From the NCBI GenBank assembly GCA_964016885.1, contig OZ024741.1, positions 32,922,001 through 32,986,000 on the forward strand: a stretch of 64,000 bases of DNA. Direction: 5' to 3'. The first letter of the stretch is position 1. Every line of letters begins with the position of its first letter. Origin of the DNA: Eledone cirrhosa (lineage: Eukaryota). Below the pieces are notes generated by a model that did not search any database, had not been told where the DNA came from, and saw only the letters and a list, made by a program, of their open reading frames with translations. Shown here in pieces: positions 57,776-64,000 of this stretch. The position numbers and the translations under genes were made by a program.

Positions 57776-58040
57776 GGCACGTGGCCTTGTTGTAAAGGTG
57801 TTGGACTTACAATAGTAATGTAATGGGTTCGATTCTTTGGCTGGGTTGTGTGCTGTCTTCTTAAGCAAAACACTTCATTTCACGTTGCTCCAGTATACTC
57901 AGCTGAAAAAATAATGGGTATCAGTATTAGCTGATGGACTGGCGTGTTGTCCAGGTGGGAGTCTTTTACTCTCAGTCATTTCAGCCACTAAAACGAGATA
58001 AGTACCGATATGACGAGCCTTCTGGCTTGTGACAGACTTC
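57776..58040 (+). mobile_element. SINE family B (tRNA-derived)
   Basis: GTGGCCTTGTTG A-like box, GGTTCGATTC B box, core CTTAAGCAAAACACTTCATTTCACGTTGCTCC. Confidence 0.7.
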
Positions 58041-58904
58041 AGAACAGACACTTTGGACAAGGGTAAGTGTCGGCTACTATAGTTAAGAGTTGATCCACAA
58101 TGACCTACGAGGAGTAAGATCGCAGAAGCTGTCGTATATGTATGTTTTTAGATAAGGGCATGTCTGAAATACGGCGTTGTTGTATTCTGTGTTTCTTGAG
58201 ATAGCGTTTTGATAAACTGAGATCAACAAAATTGATAAACTGATCCTGGAATACTTTGCTCCAGCATGGCTGCAGTACAATAACTGCTACCAGTAATAGA
58301 GTTAATAATGCTGTCTGACTTAGACACACGAACAATAATTTTCGGGGATGAACTCTTCAGCCTATAAACTGTAGAGGTTTTTTCTAAACAAGGATTTCTT
58401 ATTTTAAGAGAAAGCCCATATATGTCTACATACACAGGTTTGTATATCTATGGGTGTAAACAGACAAATAGTACAAGAGAAAATTCTGAAATGATTTACA
58501 ATCTTTTGCAGTTTAATTAAGGATATTAAATTGTAATGTGGAAAATAATTGTCTCCACTCTGATTTTCCGAGCTTTTGTGAAGTTCATTTTCTTGAGTTA
58601 GTTAGTGACATGACTAAATAAACCAAAAAATCGCAGGCATTAATTTGAAATTATTGTGTGTGTGTGATATCTGCATGTGATATCTGCGTGTGATATCTGT
58701 AGCTTTCCCATTACGAGGGTAAGCTGAAAAGTCCACAGGATTAAAAGTTCAAAGGATGACCAAGATACTCTCAAATGAAGTTTATTTTACAGTATAGTCT
58801 CAAGAAAGAAACAATGCAGTTATTAATAAGAGATGAATTTAATGCATACAAGATTTCACAGCTGTAGCATCAATCCTTCATTGTCAGTCAATGAACTGTT
58901 CGAA

Positions 58905-59075
58905 CTACTCTCATAGTTCACGATGTTTTCTTTATCTTTTAAGTTTGACATTAAGTTAACATTTACTGGACAACAGATTGCTACTGTTGTGCATACTTTC
59001 CATTCTTTGTCACAGATCACTATGTCTAACATGTTAACTTTAGAAATGTTTTGGCAAGTACATTCCACAAAGATT
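58905..59075 (-). pseudogene. Decayed restriction-like endonuclease domain of an RLE-type non-LTR retrotransposon
   Basis: LDIVICDKEWKVCTTVAICCPVNVN..KDKEN resembles the PDIVxxDKxxKxCxxxExxCP..K pattern. Confidence 0.45.
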
Positions 59076-59341
59076 CTTTCACGTTCCTACTGACTTTGTC
59101 CTCCTTTGTATACGAGAGTGCATAATTATATCAATGGAAAAACTAGGACAAACAGCAAAAATGACGACGCGAAACCTCAACCTGTGTTGATTGAATAAGC
59201 GCTACTAAATGTACTGTATACAGTTTTTTACTTATATGTCTATCAAAATATACACACACGTTCATACACATGCATATATATATATATGTGTGCATGTATA
59301 TATATACATACATACACATATATATATATATACATATATGG

Positions 59342-59572
<231 letters not shown>

Positions 59573-59720
59573 AAAGAATAGAGGTGTAACACACAAGTTA
59601 TTTATATATTGGTAAACGGAATAGAAAATGCTGACAAATTCTTCACAGTGAAAAATAGTTTAATTAGGAATAAGTGAGAATTAGTAATTGTATTGGTTAG
59701 TATTCAGTTCTGGTTTTAAG

Positions 59721-59756
59721 TTTTACCGGTTGCCCATTTCTAATGCTTTTCAAAAA
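59721..59756 (-). ncRNA. Hammerhead-like motif, U3:A8 with GCAA in place of GAAA
   Basis: TTT TTGAAAA GCAT tagaa ATGG GCAACCGGTA AAA. Confidence 0.45.
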
Positions 59757-60115
59757 TAATTTTGAGATAGAGCGTCCGTGATGTTTGCTCTGATCTGATT
59801 AGTTTGGGGAATTCTACCTGTTTTTATGTTAAAAAAGTGGCTCCAGATGTATTAAAATAAGTTTTGCGCCAATTCGTGTTGCAAAAATTCTTATGGTCAA
59901 AACAATTTTGATTGGTCGGTAGAGGTCATGTGAATGTAAAAAATTGATTTTGCACCAAATGTAGGTTTGTGTCGGCTGACTGAGAAATGACTCTTTCACA
60001 ACAAATATGTGTGTGCGTGTGTGTAGTAGTAGTAAAGTGTTCGTTGTTGTGATAATGGTCAGCAGGGATGTGTGTGCGAACCGCAGACTGTTGACAGTTC
60101 AAATGCCTATTAAGA

Positions 60116-60224
<109 letters not shown>

Positions 60225-60327
60225 CAGAGTAATTCGTGGTAGAGGGATGGTCAGTAGGAATGTGTCTGTGAGTGGGGGATATTTTAACATGTTAAACGAT
60301 ATATTTCAGCTCTTGTCTTATACGGAG

Positions 60328-60406
<79 letters not shown>

Positions 60407-60579
60407 TGTGTGTGTGTGGGGGGGGGGGGGGCAGTATTTTTTTCCTGCTAAAATGGTGTACATTATTCGATATTTTCAGTAAAATCGATTCTCTCAATAG
60501 AACATCAAAAACCTTAATAATAAAAGGTGTGAAATGATATATAGTATTGGCATAATACCAAGGTGTGTGTGAGTGTGTG

Positions 60580-60955
60580 TGTGTGTCCAGATTGTACGTA
60601 CTGAAACGGGGATCCCTTAGGCCTTGCCGTATTGGAATACCTGTGCACAAATATGTATCTGGAGTGTGTCCAGAAATTGTATACCTGTGCACAAATATGT
60701 ATCTGGAGTGTGTCCAGATTGTAAGGCCATGCAGTATTGGAATACCTGGGCACAAATATGTATCTGGAGTGTGTCCAGAAATTGTATGCCTGTGCACAAA
60801 TTGTACACTTGTGCACAAATTGTACACATGTATCCGGAGTGTGTCCAGAAATTGTATACCTGTGTACAAATATGTATCTGGAGTGTGTCCAGATTGCACG
60901 TACTGCAAGGGGAATTCATTAGGCTTTGCCGTATTGGAATACCTGTGCACAAAAA
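60580..60955. repeat. Minisatellite (TACCTGTGCACAAATATGTATCTGGAGTGTGTCCAGA core) in the PLE 3' UTR
   Basis: At least five copies of the core. Confidence 0.85.
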
Positions 60956-61169
60956 TGTATGTGCCCGTCAGTGTGCAATGCATGTGTGCGTTTATGTATG
61001 TGTGTGTGTCGGCACGTTTATATCTATAGACATCAAAAGGTATGCAAATTTGTGTATATTTGTGTCGCACCATAGAACATGTGTGTTTACGTATGTCATT
61101 GTGTTTATATGTGGGTAGAGATGTGTGCTGGTGTAGGTATGTATGTTGACGTGTGTATGTTGTGGGTTC

Positions 61170-61575
61170 GTCTTAGGGAGAAGTGTTTAGACGGGGTCCG
61201 TATTTGTTAATAAAGTAAGATTCCTTGCTGATGCGCTGGGTGTGGGTGGCATTATCTTTAAATTTGTAGAGGGGAAAGATTCTTAAGTTGGGATGATTTT
61301 AGGCGGCACAGGTATCAATGTGTTCACTCAGTGGTATTTTCCTGTATTCCCGTATTTTAATTTGGGATCTATGGACAGTCATGCGTTGGCGGAGGCTGTT
61401 TTTGGTCTGGCCTATGTATTGTTCTCGACAACCTGAGCAAGTTAATACATATATTAGATTTTCCGATGCACATGTGAAATTGTGTTTTACTATAAAACGT
61501 TGTCCTTCTTTGAAATAGAATTCCGAACCCTCTATTAGGTTGATGCAAATGCCACAGTTGGGTCTATCGCATACA
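61170..61575 (-). pseudogene. GIY-YIG endonuclease fragment of a Penelope-like element
   Basis: CDRPNCGIC..FTCASENLIYVLTCSGCREQYIGQTKNSLRQRMTVH..LSEH; the continuation carries a KESYFI motif. Confidence 0.88.
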
Positions 61576-62080
61576 CACACACACACACTTCTCCGTATAA
61601 GACAAGAGCTGAAAAATATCTTTTAACATGTTAAAATATCCCCCACTCACTTACAGATACATTCCTACTGACCATCCCTCTACCACGAATTACTCTGCTA
61701 CACACACACACACACTTGTTTTAATAGGCATTTGAACTGTCAACAGGCTGCGGTCGCACACACATCCCTGCTGACCATTATCACAACAACGAACAATTTA
61801 CTACTACTACACACACACACACACACATATTTGTTGTGAAAGAGTCATTTTTCAGTCAGCCGACACAAACCTACATTTGGCGCAAAATCAAATTTTTACA
61901 TTCGCATGACCTCTACTGACCAATCAAAATTGTTTTGACCACAAGAATTTTTGCAACACGAATTGGCGCAAAACTTATTTTACTACCGCTGGAGCCACTT
62001 TTTTTTAACATAAAAACAGATAGAATTCCCAAAACTAATCAGATCAGAGCAAACATCACGGACGCTCTATCTCAAAATTA

Positions 62081-62116
62081 TTTTTGAAAAGCATTAGAAA
62101 TGCGCAACCGGTAAAA
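62081..62116 (+). ncRNA. Hammerhead-like motif, U3:A8 with GCAA in place of GAAA
   Basis: TTT TTGAAAA GCAT tagaa ATGC GCAACCGGTA AAA. Confidence 0.5.
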
Positions 62117-62227
62117 CATAAAACCAAAACTGAATACTAACCAATACAATTACTAATTCTCACTTATTCCTAATTAAACTATTTTTCACTGAGAACAATT
62201 TGTCAGCATTTTCTATTCCGTTTACCA

Positions 62228-62318
<91 letters not shown>

Positions 62319-62442
62319 AAATGTATATATACTGTATATACATATATATATAATGGAAAAATTTGAACAGGAACAAAACAGAGAGGCAGTACAACGAATG
62401 TTTATTAATTTCACGCTCTGGAGAGTGGGGTGGTGGTGGGGA

Positions 62443-62474
62443 ACGACGTTTCGTGCATAAGCCCTTCCTCGGGT
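62443..62474 (-). ncRNA. Decayed minimal hammerhead motif
   Basis: AC CCGAGGA aggGC ttat GCac GAAACGTC GT. Confidence 0.4.
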
Positions 62475-62479
62475 GAGAA

Positions 62480-64000
62480 GTGTGTGGGAACAGAGTTCAA
62501 AGGGTGTGTAGGGGAGTGGTGGAGAGACATATAGCGAAAGGAAACGGTGCGAATGAAATTAAAAATAAAAATAAAAATAAAGCATGATCAAAATAAAAGG
62601 AATGAAATAAAAATAAATATAAAAGCATGATCAAAATAAACTGAAATTAAAAAGGGGTAAAACAGGTGGTGGAAGGGTGTGGGGTGTGTAGGGGTGGTGG
62701 CGGGTGGAGTGGGGAGAGGGAGACGGGGTGTCCGAGCGGGGAGGGCTGAAGGTGGTGTGTGTGTGTAGGTGTACGTGTGTGTGTGTGTGTGTGTGTGTAT
62801 GTGAAAGTAAGGGTTGATGGAAGAACGGGGTTGCATGTTCAGGAAGAGGTGTGTGTGGGGGGGGGGGGGGTTGTAGGTCGGAGTGTCTGTGCGTGTGTGG
62901 ATAGAGGGGTGGGGGGAGAGGAATCAGGAGGCTGATGGTGTAAATATGTGGTGGAAAGCACGTGTGTGGGGTTTAAGCGTGTTGTGGGTGTAGGTGGCGT
63001 GTGGGAGAAAAAAAATGTTGGGGGTGTGTGTGTGGGTGAGTTATATAGGTGATTCCGTAAGAGGATGGTTGAAATGTTGGTAAATTCCTATGATGTTTAG
63101 TAGATTCCGTGGTGGTCAAGTTCCACATACGAGTATTCCATGAAGAGATGGTCGGAAGAGGAGAGATGTGGGGAGCGCGCGCAACAGGAAGTGGTCAAGC
63201 GGTGGGAGTGCTGTGTGTCTGTTTGTGCTGGGAGGTGGTCAGAGGGCATAGCAGCAGTCAGGTGGAATGGTAAAGGGGCGAGGATGGGTAGGTGTGAAAG
63301 TTGGAGTTAGGAGGATGTGTGTGTGTATTAGTAGAGGTGTTAGTGGGATGAGTGAGTGTGGAGCGAGGGTGTGGGTGGAGCGGGGAGAGAAGGATGTGTG
63401 TAGCTCTATGGAGGGAGTGTGGTGTACTGGTGTGTGTGTAGTTTGATGAAGGGGGTGTTAGTGGGTGTTAGTATACGGGAGGTGGGGAAAGGGTTGAATG
63501 CAGGTGTGAGTGGGGGTTAGTGGTGGTAGGGTGTGTAGAGTTGGTGGTGTACGAGGGTGTGTGGGTACGTGTGCGTGGGGTTGGGGGGTGTTAGTGATGT
63601 TAGTTGCGTGTGGGGTGGGTGGTGTAAGTGGGTGCGTGTGTTCGTGTGCTTGGGGTCAGGGGGTGTTAGTGAGGTTAGTTGCGGGGTGGTGGGATGGAGG
63701 TGTGGGGGTGAGGGTTAGTGGTGGTAGTAGGGTGTGTGTTTAGTGTGAGCGCGTGTATATATGTGCCGGTGGGTGTGTGCGTGTGATAAGGAGGGGGAGG
63801 AGGAGAAGAAGGGAGGGATGTTAGTATGTTAGTTGGGGAAGGGTGGTCGGATGAGGGGTGGAGTGGAGGTGTTAGTATTGTTAGTTGTGGGGTTGGCGGT
63901 GAAAAGGAGGGGTGTGTTAGTGATGTTAGTGGGGGATAAGTGTGGGGGGGGGAGCGGTCGAAGGCTAAAGGAATAAGGGTGGGGAGTTCAGGCCGGGGGG
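62480..64000. repeat. GT-rich low-complexity region (CA-rich on the minus strand, upstream of the 62443 motif)
   Basis: Strong strand skew; recurring GTGTTAGTG motif. Confidence 0.6.

Noticed and set aside
58325-58365. CTGAAGA..GAAA on the minus strand as a hammerhead
   Set aside because: Stems I and II do not pair convincingly.

Overview
AT-rich eukaryotic (animal) repeat DNA with no recognisable host gene. The repeat style (long (TA)n/(CA)n tracts, tRNA-derived SINEs, Penelope-like elements) suggests a mollusc, probably a cephalopod; this is inference only. 1-11660 is an 18-bp satellite with higher-order structure, and its long ORFs are artefacts. 11670-22837 is a head-to-tail array of three L1/Tx1-clade non-LTR retrotransposons joined by (CTAT)n, followed by a decayed antisense relative and a 558-bp non-autonomous Helitron. 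25-64 kb holds microsatellites, SINEs, decayed RTE/RLE fragments and three Penelope-like (GIY-YIG) remnants. The main signal not shown by the ORF track is about 25 type-I hammerhead ribozyme (HHR) motifs, intact or decayed, from roughly a dozen sequence families. Most sit in tail-to-tail inverted duplications. Several define non-coding 320-450 nt retrozyme-like monomers, two of which carry octamer (ATGCAAAT) boxes about 80-86 nt upstream of the ribozyme, and two lineages use the compensated U3:A8 core. All structures were read by eye; no folding or database search was run.
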